A stretch of 64,000 nucleotides of DNA from Leucoraja ocellata (taxonomy: Eukaryota): the NCBI GenBank assembly GCA_036785375.1, contig JAWMAR010001303.1, forward strand, positions 62,001 through 126,000, in the 5' to 3' direction. Numbering within the stretch: the stretch's first letter is position 1; each line of letters opens with the position of its first letter. The position numbers and the translations under genes are program-made. The notes beneath the pieces are model-generated. The model was not told where the DNA came from, searched no databases, and was given only the letters and a program-made list of their open reading frames with translations. Below are positions 36,771-50,766 of this stretch, one piece after another.

Positions 36771-38249
36771 CATACTCTCGCCTCACACTAAACTAGTCCA
36801 TATGTTCAATGTTATGTCTCTTAAAAATAAAAATGCATCCAAATGTTTCTCATCCTTCATCTTTAAGTAGACCCTCACTATTTGTTTTAGTTGAACTTTG
36901 GAATTTGGTGAATTGATAGATAACAATATTGTAAAAATTAGACATGATCAGATGACGTGCTGGGAAAACTCAGCAAGTTTGTTTTTGTTCTTTTCAGATC
37001 ATGTGTAATTTTTTTGTACGTTGTTTTATTTCTTCAGGAATTCAGCTGAACCAATTCAAGTGCACTCATGTGGATATCACAAGCTCATTTTTTGCTTATT
37101 CATTTTTTTAAGCACTTTTTTTTGCCTCTTTTGAACACAGTGGCATAGACTGATGTCATTGGTAATTGAAGAAAAGAGTAAATAAGGGGGGGCAGCTACA
37201 AACAAAATGCCTCAAAGTTAGGAAAATGTAGAGAGAAGTAAAATAAAATGAGAGGTAGCAATATTGAAGATATTGCATTAAATTAAACAACTAATTTCTA
37301 CAGTTTCCACTTGAAGAGTGCTGGCAACAATCACTTGTTAATTATGTTCAAGCTATAATTGAACCATGGTTCCATCTTGTGCAGTAAATACCAGCATTAC
37401 TGTAACTTCCACTGACTGTGTGAAATGAGATGTCGTGGTGCTGACCCAAAATTATTTGCCATTGACTTGACTGATAATTCTACACAGTAGGTTGTGCACA
37501 TACAGCATACAATGATATTTTACATTAGGGACTATCTGATGTGCTAAACAATTGCTGTCATCTAAAACTCTCATAAATCCGTTCCTGGGACTATTTTGGC
37601 AAGGCTATTATATGAACTGACATTCACACCACAGTGGTTGAGAAGATGGTTGCTTCTTTTATGTGGAAAAATGCTACAAGATACTTGCATTAAAGATGCT
37701 GCACAGATTAAACACTACTTTTACACAAATTGAAGCATAAGATTTTAGCTGCTTGTTAACCACCTCATTTACTTATTTATATTTCAGTGGCTGAACTTCA
37801 TGAAGGACAAAATTGATGGGTTTTAGCTTCATCTTAATTTATGCTATAAATGACTACATTACAAATGTGACCAATTTTAAAATTTCTTTTATAGCCCTGC
37901 CTACAATAATATTTAAATTTCCGGAAATATTTAAGATAGAATTCACCCAGTATTCCAAATGAAAAACAAAACTTTTCACTGTATATGTGACAATCATAAA
38001 CCAAAACCAATTTCAAAATCAATGATACTCATGATGATAGGTTGGTAACTAATTTAGATTAGTGTATATCAGCGGTAAACTAACTATATTCTATTGAGAT
38101 CATTCTGTTTAAATAGTTGCCAAATATGACACTCCTGATTTGTCATGATTGTGGCACATATTTATAATTTACATGAATGAAACAAGTATTGAATGTGACA
38201 TCCGTCAATGCACATAACCTCAGGTGCTTCACAGTGGACATAATTCTCA

Positions 38250-39240
38250 GAAGATTGACACAAAAAGCTGGAGTGGGTCATTTAGCATCACTGGACAAAA
38301 GGAATACATGACATTTTGGGCCATGACCCTTCTTCAGACTGAGAATCAGGGAAAAGGGAAACAAAGGATACAGATAGCACACATAACAAATGAATGAAAG
38401 ATATGCAAAAAAACAACAATGATCAAGGAAAGGTTGTGCCCACAATGGTCCATTGTTGGCTGGGGGTGGGTGATAGCAAGTTATACAGACAGAAACTCAA
38501 CAGGATGACAGTACAACTAGTATGATGACTAAGGTGGGGAAGGGACAGAGAGAGAGAGGGGTTCACTTGCACCTCGCCCAATCTCAATTTCTGTATCCAC
38601 TGTTCCAGGTGGGGACTCCTATATATCTGTGAAACCAAGGCAGACAGGGTGATCGTTTCACTGAACACCTTCACTCAGTCCACCTTGGCCTACTTGGTCT
38701 CCCATATGCACTTTAACACCACTTCCCATTCCCATACTGACCTTTCTGCCCTGGGCCTCCTCCATTGTCAGAGTAAGGCCAAACTCAAATTGGAGGAACA
38801 ACACCTCATATATTGCTTGGGCAGCTTACGGTATGAATATTGATTTCTCTAACTTCATGTAACCCTTGTATCCCCTCTCTCACCATCTCTCCCCACCAGA
38901 GTCGTCGTACTAGTTTCACTGTCATCCAGTTGAGTTTCACTGCCTGTATAACTCGTTATCCACATACCCCACAGCCAACGTTGGACCATTGTGGACTCAA
39001 CCTTTCCTTGATCATCGTTGCTTTTGCAGATCTTTCATTCATTCTATGCGTCTATGTTGTTCTATGTGTCATCTATATCTCTCGTTTCCTTTTCCCCTAA
39101 CTCTCAGTCTGAAGAAGGATCTCAACCCAAAACATCACCTATTCCTTTTCTCCAGAGATGCTGCCTGACCCCTTGAGTTACTCCAGCTTTTGCATCTATC
39201 TTCAGTTTAAACCAGCATCTGTAGTTCCTTCCTGCAGATA
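38250..39240 (+). mobile_element. Penelope-derived element with inverted ~300-bp pLTRs around a GIY-YIG remnant
   Basis: 38250-38550 is an inverted copy of 38870-39240. Middle encodes FTCTSPNL..YICETK and HFNTTSHSHTDLSALGLLHCQSKAKLKLEEQHLIYCLGSL. Confidence 0.85.
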
Positions 39241-39319
39241 ATTCTCATTAATTTTGTCAAATAAATTATTCAGAATTAACTGATGATGACATTTCTCATG
39301 AACTTTTTAAGAATCGTCA

Positions 39320-39785
39320 ATCGGCGACTGTTATATGAGGAAAGATTGAAAAGACTAGGCTTGTATTCCCTGGAGTTTAGAAGGATGCGGGGGGATCTTA
39401 TAGAAACATATAAAATTATAAAAGGACCGGACAAGGTAAATGTAGGAGAAATGTTCCCAATGTTGGGCGAGTCCAGAACCAGGGGCCACAGTCTTAAAAT
39501 AAAGGGGAGGCTATTTATGACTGAGGTGAGGAAAAACTTCTTCACCCAGAGAGTTGTGAATTGGTGGAATTCCCAGCCACAGAGGGCAGTGGAGGCCAAA
39601 TCACTGGGTGGATTTCAGAGAGATTTAGATAGAGTTCTAGGAGCTAGTGGAATTGAGGGATATAGGGAGAAGGCAGGCATGGGTTATTGATTGGAAACAA
39701 TCAGCCATGATCACAATGAATGGTGGTGCTGGCTCAAAGGGCTGAATGGCCTCCTCCTGCACCTATTTTTCTATGTTTCTATGAT
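39320..39785 (+). mobile_element. CR1 3' end
   Basis: ORF 39283-39690 (YEERLKRLGLYSLEFRRMRGDLIETYKI), UTR hairpin and tttctatg tail. Confidence 0.95.
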
Positions 39786-40360
39786 TCAGAACTGGCTTAT
39801 TCAGAGAAGGTAAGGGTTGTGGTGGAAGGTAGATATTCTGGCTGGAGGCCTGTGACTAGTGGAGGTCAGGAGGGAACTGTGCTGTTTGTGATATATATCA
39901 ATGGGCTGGATGTAAATGAGGAAGGGTTGGTGAGTAAGTTTGCTGATGATATAAAAATTGGAGGAATTGTAGGAAGGCTGTCAGAAGATATAGCTGGATA
40001 TAGACCAGATGCAGACATGGGTGGAGAAATGGCAGATGGAGTTTAGCCTAAGGAAGTGTGAGATGTTGCACTTTGGAAGATCGATAAGGAGAGAGTAACC
40101 CATGCCTGCCTTCTCCCTATATCCCTCAATTCCACTAGCTCCTAGAACTCTATCTAAATCTGACAGCATTGATAAAATGGAATGGTCACAATCTTTTTCC
40201 CAAAATATGTCCAGATTTAGAGAGCAGAGTTTTAATGTGCAAGTGGGAAGATTTAAAGTGAAATGGGGGACAATGTCTTCACATAGAGCGTGATGTGTGT
40301 CTGGAGTGAACTGCCAAAGGAAATGTAAAATGCAATGTTTAATGGACATTTAGACAGATA
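39786..40360 (+). mobile_element. Older CR1 RT fragment containing a 66-nt inverted insertion
   Basis: RVVVEG..WRPVTSG..LFVIYIN..SKFADD. Confidence 0.8.
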
Positions 40361-41143
40361 CATAATCATAATCATACTTTATTAGCCAAGTATGTTTTGC
40401 AACATGCAAGGAATTTGATTTGTCATAGTCACACTAATAAAATGCAACAGAATACACAAAATACATTTTAACATAAACATCCACTACAGTGACTCCTCCA
40501 CATTCCTCACTGTGATGGAAGGCAAAAGAAAATTCAATCTCTTACCTTCTTTGTCCTCCAGTGGTCGGAGGCCTCTAACCTTCCGTTGGCGGAACAATCT
40601 TACTCCCGTAGCCGGCGGCAGGCCTCCTCGTCGGTGCGATCAAGCTCCTGCATCAGGGGGGGGGGGGGGAATCTCAGCTCCCCCGCGCCTGGCGATCAAC
40701 TTTATGTCGGGGCTAGTCAAACGTCGTGAGGTTTTGGAGCTTCCCGAATCGGTCTCTCCCGAGACTGCAAGCTCCTTGATGTTAAGGTGTGCAGGCCGCG
40801 GTTGGAGCGTTAATCCCAGGCAAGAAATCGGCTCTGATGGTAAGTCCACGTTCCCGCAGTGGGGCTCAAAGTCAGTCCCGAGCAAGGCCTCCAGCTCCAT
40901 GATATTAGGGCGCAGAGCAACCGGAGATACGACCCAAAAAACAATTGCATCTCCGGCATGGTAAGAGACTGAAAAAAAAGTTTCCCCCACCCCACTGCAC
41001 ACCCCCCACATAAAACAAACTGGCGAACATTAACACAAACACTTTAAACGCACTAAAAATAACAAAAATAAAAGATGAAAAATGACGAAAAGGATGAACA
41101 GACAGACTGTAGGCTAGGCTGCCATCGAAGTGCCACCCGGTGG
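40361..41143 (-). mobile_element. Non-autonomous element with Rex1-like tail
   Basis: Colinear with 16688-17450; (ATGATT)n tail; 5' end ccaccgggtggc. Confidence 0.8.
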
Positions 41144-42959
41144 AAATAAGGTGAAATTTACATTAAAAGGAAAACATTTGAGGGATTATCAGCCAAATAC
41201 AGGCAAATGGGACTGATATGTTTCACAGTATTCCATGAGAGAAACAGATACCGATCATTTTTGACTAATTGCCGCTTGAAACAATTGGTAAATGGACATT
41301 GTTCAACTAGAAGACTTGATTTTAACACATCAACAAAGCAGTTGCATTCCTCGACATGAGTGGAGAAACCATTGAGGCTTTCTTCATTTTCTTCATTTAC
41401 TTCAGTGCCAACAACAATATACCTTGACAACTGATGCTGAAATAAAATATCATAAAATGACCCGATTTATTTTGTCTCTTTCAGACCACCTTTTATCGCA
41501 AGTATCAGCCTCACACCCTGATCTGATGTAGCAAAGGCAAATACGTTTTCCAAGGTAACATAAGATTAATTCCTAATGTTGCCATGTATTTGCATTATCA
41601 AATTCCGATACAGAGAAAATTGCGAAATAGAGAAAACTGTAATTTAACATATGATCCCAACTGTGCACATAAATTCTTTCAGTACTGCTTAATTGTTTCC
41701 ATCCCAATGATAATTAATATCAGGTAATAGTTCTCCTTTTCCCTCAGCTATCAATCTAAATTCCACATCTTACTCCATTTCAATGTTAGCTAACTCTCTC
41801 TAACTGAAGTTATGGGGCAATCAGGTTAGATTGTTTCTTGATTTTAGATTGGACAGTATCTTGATGATTTAACATGATGTTGTTCTACGGGGCTACTTTA
41901 ACCATTATATGTTGCACTATTTTCATAAAACTGTGTTGTTTCTGAGACAGTCATTTTCAATGAACCCACACTCGCATGCACCCAGGCAGAAATAACAATC
42001 ATGCCACACATGCTGTTTAACTAAGATAATGATTTTATTTAAATATCAAAGAATTTGCAGATCATTGTTTATTTTGCTTTTCTAGCTCCTAAAATGTCAA
42101 GATAACACATGCAGTTCTCATAATGTGTTCATACACAAGCATATGAATGCCTCCAAATGAAATCATTCTTAACCATTCTTGCACTGTCAAAATGGACAAG
42201 TGCAAATCCATTCATGTTTGATGTGGAAAAATTCAAAAAGATAAATTCACGAAATAAATAAATAAATGATTATTCTGCAATCAAGAGCAAATAATTGAAT
42301 TTTTTTGCAAAATTTATGTGAACATCTGCTTCTGTTGTGTGTCTGAAATGTATAGAAAAGTTACAATGATAAATAGAAACAATCACCATGGAAATATATG
42401 TACAGTGCTTTTGTTCTATTTATGAACAGAATTATCTCCTGTCTTCTGAGATTGCTGTAAAGCTTTGAGAGGATAACAATATAGGTATCTATTTGGAAAC
42501 TTAATGGTGATGCAATAGAAAGAAGACTGGGAATTTTCCAAACAATAAAATTGGAATCTTTAATAGTAGATAAATATTTTTTATGATCGATTATTTTCAG
42601 AGAATTAAAAAATCAGAATTTATACTATCGGGAGATATTTCAAATTATATAAAATCACCAGTGTGAATTGATAACATCACTCAAAGTCAACCATACCTCC
42701 ATAGAGATATCAAAATATAGAAAGGAACTTTAAAGTTGATACCTAAAGGTACTACAAATTACTGAAGAAGAATTAGAAATATTGGCAGAGGAGGTTCAAA
42801 TACCTTGATAGATGAAATTGGTTGAAAACCCTTTCTGCTATTATCTTGTGATCTTAGACTTTAAACCGTATCAATAAAACATATACTACTTTGAATGTTT
42901 TGTTCTAAAATATCAGACCATTCTAGACTATTCAATCAGATTATCAATATCCCTCCTGT

Positions 42960-43240
42960 GCTCTGATTCATTGTTACCTTTTCCTCATCCAACAACGGCG
43001 GTATCGTTGGTAAATTTAAAGATGAACTTTGGGATGTGTCAGGCTACATGATCATAGATATAGGGAGGGGATAGCAGGAGAGGGAGCACAGCACCTTGAG
43101 ATACATTTGTGCTGACGGATACCAAGGAAGAAGTGTTGTTGCTAATTCATATTGATAGTGGTCTGTTGACGAGGAAGTTGAGTATCCAACTGCAAAGTGA
43201 CCAGCAGTGACTCAATTCTTTGAGTTGGATGATAGGTTTT
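42960..43240 (-). mobile_element. Degraded Rex1/L2-type RT fragment
   Basis: Reverse complement encodes WILNFL..RP, PQG..LSP, IFKFTNDTAVVG (KFADDT-like). Confidence 0.6.
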
Positions 43241-43989
43241 AGGGATAGGTATCCCTGTTGTGCATTCCTTGTTACAGATTTGCAGCCTGAAAAACACCCA
43301 TCCATGATTATCTACAACCTAACTGTGACCCAGACAATTTTGCAAACAGTTTGCTCACATGCCCGGCATCCCTTGTACATTAATCTTTGCCTCATCACAT
43401 TGCACCGTCAAAAACCTTACTAAGGACAATGTATACCACAGCTATTGGAGGAACTCAGCAGGTCAGGCAGCATTGGTGGAGAGAAATGGATAGACACTCT
43501 TTATAGATGGAACCTTTCGTCAATCTCAAGCCAAAATGTTATCTGTCCATTTCCCTCCACAGATGCTGCCCGATGCACTGACTTCCTCTATCAGTTTGAT
43601 ATTTGCTTGATTCTAGAAGTCACATACTTCTGTGTGTTTGAGTAACCCACGCTTACTGTTCTACCTTCATTAATTTACTTTGTTACATCCTGAAGAAACT
43701 CAAATCAGATTTGTGAGACATGATCACCCCTGCATAATATCTTTCCTTTACAAATGAATAAAATTCCTGTTTCTCAGAATCTTCTTCAACAACTTTCCTA
43801 CTACTGATATAAGGACCACCAGCCTGTAATTTTCAATGAGTGGATACCATTGAACTTGTTTCTTTGGGAGTGGTAAATGATAAGCAATTTTGTCATTTAT
43901 CTGTGAAACCTATAATCACATTACAGCTCTTATACCTATCATAAAACAAAAGCAAAGACGAGAAACTGGGAATATTTTACAGAGTCAAT

Positions 43990-46218
43990 CATAGTGTTGT
44001 CCAATGAACCAGATATGATAAGAGAACTCAAGGTAAAGGAAACGCTTGGAGGTAGTGATCATAATATGATTAGTTTTAATCTGCAGTTTGAGAAGGAGAA
44101 CGTTAAATCGGATGTGTCAGTGATGCAGTTGAACAAAGGGGACTATGAAGGCATGAGAGGGGAGCTGGCCAATGTAGACTGGAAAGGGATCCTAGCAGGA
44201 AAGACGATGGAACAGCAATGGCAGGAATTTCTGGGCATAATCTGGAAGACGCAGGATCATTTCATTCCAAAAAAGGGGAAAGATTCTAAAGGGAGTAGGA
44301 GGCAACCGTGGCTGACAAGAGAAGTTAGGGATAGAATAAAACTAAAAGAAAAGATGTATAACATAGCAAAGAGTAGCCAGAAGCCAGAGGATTGGGAAAC
44401 TTTCACAGGACAACAGAAGGAAACAAAACGGGGAATACGGGCTGAAAAGATGAAGTATGAAGGGAAGCTGGCCAGGAATATAAAGAAGGACAGTAAAAAC
44501 TTCTTTAGATAGTTGAGGGAAAAAGAGTAGCAAAGTCAAATGTGGGTCCCTTGAAGGCAGTCACGGGTGAAATTATTATGGGCAACAAGGTAATGGCAGA
44601 AGAGTTGAATAGGTATTTTGGATCTGTCATCTCTAAGGAAGACACAAACAATCTCCCAGATGTACTGGAGGACAGAGGATCTAAGGGGGTAGAGGAACTG
44701 AAATAAATGTTCATTAGGCGAGAAATAGTATTGGGTAGGCTAATAGGACTGAAGGATGATAAATCCCCTGGGCCTGATGGTCTGCATCCCAGGGTCCTCA
44801 GGGAGGTAGCTCTAGAAATAGTGGACGCATTGGTGATAATTTTCCAATGTTCAATAGATTCAGGATCAGTTCCTGTGGATTGGAGGAAAAGCTAATGTTA
44901 TCCCACTTTTCAAGAATGGAGCGAGAGAGAAAACAGGGAATTCCAAACCAGTTAGCCTGACTTCAGTGGTGGGAAAGATGCTGGAGTCAATTATTAAAGA
45001 GGTAATAATGGGGCATTTGGATAGCAATAAAATAATTAGTCCAAGTCAACATGGATTTATGAAAGGGAAATCATGCTTGACTAATCTTCTGGAATTTTTC
45101 GAGGATGTGACAAGTAAAATGGATGAAGGGGTGCCAGTGGATGTAGTGTATCTAGAATTTCAGAATTAGAGCACATGGTATTGGGGGTAGGGTGTTGACA
45201 TGGATAGAAAATTGGTTGGCAGACCGGAAGCAAAGAGTAGGAGTGAATGGGTCCTTGTCAGAATGGCAGGCAGTGGCGAGTGGAGTGCCGCAATGCTCGG
45301 CGTTGGGGGCCGCAACAGTTTACCATATATATTAATGATTTGGAAGAGGGAATTAGGAGCAACACTAGCAAGTCTGTGGATGACACAAAGCTGGGTGGCA
45401 GTGTGAACTGTGAAGAGGATGTTAGGAGGGTGCAGGGTGACCTGGACAGGTTGAGTGAGTGGGGTAATATAGTGGGGTAGTATAATATAGATAAATGTGA
45501 GGTTATCCACTTTGGCGGCAAAAACAAGGGGGCAGATTATTATCTCAATGGTTAGGTTAGGTAAGGGGGAGGTGCAGCAAGAGCTGTGCGTCCTTGTACA
45601 AGAGGATTTCAGTATAGGAATAAATAAGTTCTTCTGCAGTTGTATAGGACTCTGGTGAGACCACATCTGGAGTATTGCGTACAGTTTTAGTCTCCTAATT
45701 TGAGGAAGGGCATCCTTGTGATTGACGCATTGCAGCATAGGTTCACGAGATTCATCCCTGGGATAGCGGGACTGTCATATGAGGAAAGATTGAAAAGACT
45801 AGGCTTGTATTCACTGGAGTTTAGAAGCATGAGGGGATATCTTATAGAAACATATTCAATTATATAAGGCAGGAAAAGCTAGATGCAGGAAAAATGTTCC
45901 CAATGTTGGGTGAGTCCAGAACCAGTCTTAGTATAAAGGGGAGGTCATTAAGTCTGAGGTGAGTAAATACTTTTTCACCTAGAGAGTTGTGAATTTATGG
46001 AATTCCCTGCCACAGAGGGCAATGGAGGCCAAGTCACTGGATGGATTTAAGAGAGAGTTAGATAGTGCTCTAGGGGATAGTGGAGTCGAGGGATATGGGG
46101 AGAAGGCAAACACTGTTTATTGATAGGGGTCGATCAGCCATGATCACAATGAATGGCGGTGCTGGCTCGAAGGGCCGAATGGCCTCCTCCTGCACCAATT
46201 TTCTATGTTTCTATGTTT
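43990..46218 (+). mobile_element. CR1 ORF2 (end of EN, RT) and 3' end, disabled
   Basis: LGGSDHNMISF, KSPGPDGLHP, QHGFMKGKSCLTNLLEFFE, VDDTKLGG; tttctatg tail. Confidence 0.95.
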
Positions 46219-46899
46219 TTATAACATTTATGGCAAGCTATTACAAAAAAAATTTCAGGAAGAGAATTCATGGCTATTTTTTCTAAGTATATTAGATGAT
46301 CCACTTGTTTAAGAGTTGCTTTTTGATTTTGACATCCAAATGGAAAATGATGGCAAAAAAAAGACAAATGATTTGATATACAAAAATAAAATAAAGCATA
46401 TGTTTAAAATTTGAAATAAAAATAGGAAATTTTGGAAATATTCAGCAAATCAGGAAGTATTTCTGAAGGCAGAAATAGAGTTTAAAATTAAGGTCACTCC
46501 ATCCTAACAATAATATGTATTTGTCCTCATCATTAAACTGGCAGTTTGTTGCTTTAGAAAAGTTCACAGCTTGTTTCAAACTTATTTGGATAAGTTTGTG
46601 CATATTTTTGTTTTAACATGCCTTTTTTCCCCAAAATATTTCTAAATTTCCATTATATGGGTATGTTGGTGGGGGAAAATTGACATTTACGATTTTGGTG
46701 GAGGTTGTGATCTAGTATATCTGCACAGCCAAACTAAACTAAACAGAGAAAGAGAGGTGAATAATATTCCAGAACAAATTAAAAAAAGGAGAAAAAAAGA
46801 ATAGAAATAACCATATAACCATATAACAATTACAGCATGGAAACAGGCCATCTCGACCCTTCTAGTCCGTGCCGAACACGTATTCTCCCCTAGTCCCAT

Positions 46900-49700
46900 A
46901 TACCTGGGCTCAGACCATAACCCTCCATTCCTTTCCCGTCCATATAACTATCCAATTTATTTTTAAATGATAAAAACGAACCTGCCTCCACCACCTTCAC
47001 TGGAAGCTCATTCCACACAGCCACCACTCTCTAAGTAAAGAAGATCCCCCTCATGTTACCCCTAAACTTCAGTCCCTTAATTCTCAAGTCATGTCCCCTT
47101 GTTTGAATCTTCCCTATTCTCAGTGGGAAAAGCTTATCCACGTCAACTCTGTCTATTCCTCTCATCATTTTAAAGACCTCTATCAAGTCCCCCCTTAACC
47201 TTCTGTGCTCCAAAGAATAAAGCTTTAACGTGTTCAACCTTTCTCTGTAACTTAGTTATTAAAACCCTAGCAACATTCTAATAAATCTCCTCTGTACTCT
47301 CTCTATTTTGTTGACATCCTTCCTATCATTAGGCGACCAAAATTGTACACCACACTCCAGAATTGGCCTCACCAATGCCTTGTACAATTTTAACATTACA
47401 TCCCAACTTCTATACTCAATGCTCTGATTTATAAAGGCCAGCACACCAAAAGCTTTCTTTACCACCCTATCTAGAAGAGATTCCACTTTCAGGGAACTGT
47501 GCACAGTTATTCCCAGATCCCTCTGTTCACCTGCATTCTTCAATTCCCTACCATTTACCATGTACGTCCTATTTTGATTTGTCCTGCCAAGATGTAGCAC
47601 GTCACACTTATCAGCATTAAACTCCATCTGCCATCTTTCAGCCCACTCTTCCAACTGGTATAAATCTCTCTGTAGACTTTGAAAATCTACTTAATTATCC
47701 ACAACCCCACCTGTTTTAGTATAATCTGCATACTTACTAATCCAATTTACCACACCATCATCCAGATCATTGATGTACATGACAAACAACAGTGGACCCA
47801 ACACAGATCCCTGTGGCACCTCACTAGTCACAGGCCTCCAACCTGACAAACAACCATCCACCATTACTCTCTGGCATCACCCATTCAGCCACTGTTGAAT
47901 CCATCTTGCTACTCCACCATTAATACCCAACTATTGAACCTTCTTAACCAACCTTCCATGAGGAACCTTGTCAAAGGCCTTACTGAAGTCCATATATACA
48001 ACATGCAGCTTTAACCTCATCAATTTCCCGAGTAACCTCTTCAAAAAATTCAAGAAGATTAGTCAAACATGACCTTCCAGCCACAAATCCATGTAGACTG
48101 TTCCTAATCAGACCCTGTTTATCCAGATACTTATATATATTATCTCTAAGTATCCTTTCCATTAATTTGTCCACCACTGACGTCACACTAACAGGTCTAT
48201 AATTGTTAGGTTTACTCTTAGACCCCTTTTTAAACAATGGAACGACATGCGCAGTACGCCAATCCTCCGGCACTATTCCCGTTTCTAATGACATTTGAAA
48301 TATTTCTGTCATAGCCCCTGCTATTTCTACACTAACTTCCCTCAATGTCCTAGGGAATATCCTGTCCGGACCTGGAGACATATCCACTTTTATATTTCTC
48401 AAAAGTGTCAGTACTTCCTCTTCTTTGAATCTCATAGTTTCCATAGCTACTCTACTTGTTTCCCTTACCTCACATAATTCAATATCCTTCACCTGGGTGA
48501 ATACCGAAGAAAGTAAATTGTTCAATATCTCCCCCATCTCTTTTGGCTCTGCAGATAGCTGTCCACCCTGACTCTCTAATGGACCAATTTTGTCCCTCGT
48601 TATCCTTTTGCTATTAATATAGCTGTAGAAACCCTTTGGATTTACTTTCACCCTACTTGACAAAGCAACCTCATATCTTCTTTTAGCTTTTCTAATTTCT
48701 TTCTTAAGATTCTTTTTACATTCTTTATACTCCTCAAGCACCTTATTTACTCCATGCTGCCTATAATTATTGTAGATCTCCCTCTTTTTCTGAACCAAGT
48801 GTCCAATTTCCCTTGAAAACCATGGCTCTTTCCAATTTTTACTATTTCCTTTCAACCGAACAGGGACATAAAGATTCTGTACTCTTAAAATTTCACATTT
48901 AAATGTACTCCATTTCTCTTCCACATCTTTCCCATAAAACAAACTGTCCCAATTTGAGATCCTTTCGCATCTCCTCAAAGTTAGCCTTTCTCCAATCAAA
49001 AATCTCAACCCTAGGTCCAATTCTGACCCTCTCCATAATTATATTGAAACTAATGGTATTGTGATCACTGGTCCCGAACTGTTCCCCAACGCATACTTCT
49101 GCCACCTGACCCGTCTCATCTCATAACAGGAGGTCCAGCACCGCCCCTTCTCTAGTAGGTACTTCTATGTATTGCTGCAAAAAACTGTCCTGCACACATT
49201 TTACAAACTCCAACCCATCCAGCCCATTTACAGAATGTGTTTCCCAGTCTATGTGTGGAAAATTGAAATCTCCCACAATCACTACCTTGTGCTTACTACT
49301 AATATCTGCAATCTCCTTACATATTTGCTCTTCCAATTCTCGCTCCCCATTTGGCGGTCTATAATACACCCCTATAAGTGTTGCTACCCCTTTCCCATTT
49401 CTCAGTTCCACCCAAATAGCCTCCCTAGACGAGCCCTCTAATCTATCCTGCCAAAGCACTGCTGTAATATCATCCCTGATAAACAATGCAACACCTCCAC
49501 CTCTTGCCCCTCCAATTCTATCACACCTGAAGCAACGAAATCCTGGAATATTTAGTTTCCAATCACAGCCCTCCTGCAACCATGTTTCACTGATCGCCAC
49601 AACATCATACTTCTAGGTGTCAATCCAGGCTCTAAATTCATCCACCTTTCTTACAATGCTCCTAGCATTAAAATATACACATTTAAGAAACCCACCCTCT
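46900..49700 (-). pseudogene. CR1 ORF2p: APE endonuclease plus reverse transcriptase
   Basis: AISETW, YYRPP, GDFNFP, SDHN, NYRPVS, HGF..RSCLTNL, WQMEFN..KC; several frameshifts. Confidence 0.93.
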
Positions 49701-49717
49701 CTTATTCTCTGTTTATT

Positions 49718-50766
49718 TTATTTTTCTTCTCTCTCCCCTACATTTTGGGTCAGAGTGCTACCATTCTCTGCCTCCTGCCTCACACACTGACTGCTAGCTT
49801 TCCCAATTTGAGTCCCTCCCCCCAACCATACTAGTTTAAAGTCTCCCCAGTAGCCTTTGCAAATCTCCCTGCCAGGATATTGGTCCCCCTCGAGTTCAAG
49901 TGCAACCCGTCCTTTCTGTACAGGTCGCACCTTCCCCAAAAGAGGTCCCAATGATCCAGAAACTTGAATCCTTACCCACTGCACCAGTCCCTCATCCACT
50001 CATTTATCCTCCACCTCGCTCCATTCCTATTCCCATTGTCGCGTGGCACAGGCTGTAATCCTGAGATTGTTACCTTTGTAGTCCTTCTCATTAACTCTCT
50101 ACCTAACTCCCTAAATTCTTCTTTCAGGACCTCTTCTCTTTTTTTACCTATGTCGTTGGTACCTATGTGTACCACAACCTCAGGCTCCTCTCCCTCCCAT
50201 TTCAGGATTTCTTGGACCCGTTCAGACACATCCCTGACCATGGCACCAGGGAGGCAAACTATCAACCTGGTCTCCTGTCTGCGTCCACAGAATCGCCTAT
50301 GCGACCCCCTGACTATAGAGTCCCCTATTACAATTGCCCTCCTCTTCTTTCCCTTACCCTTCTGAGCAACAGGACTGGTCTTTGTGCCAGAGGCCCAGCC
50401 GCTGTCGCTGCCCCCAGGTAGGCCGTCTCCCTCACCCTTACTCAAACATGAATACTTATTTTCAAGGTGTACAGCCACCGGGGTACTCACCAGTCCCTGC
50501 CTCTGCCCGTTGCCCTTCCTAACTGTGACCCAGTTTTCTGTCTACCGTGGTCTTGGAGTGACCACCTCCCTGTAACTCCTTTCTATGACCTCCTCGCTCT
50601 CCCTGAGCAGACAGAGGTCATCGAGTTGCTGTTCCAGGTTCCTAACACGGTCCCTTAGGAGCCCCATCTCGACGCACCTTGCACAGATGTGGACGTCTGG
50701 AGGGCACTCAGACTCCATGACCTCCCACATCTGACATCCAGAACAGTAAACTGCCCTGTCCTTCAT
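49718..50766 (-). pseudogene. CR1 ORF1p: CxxC..CxxC, coiled coil, SGNH/GDSL esterase
   Basis: MKDRAVYCSGC..HICARC, IVIGDSIVRG, VCLPGA, VVVHIGTND; one stop and a frameshift. Confidence 0.9.
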
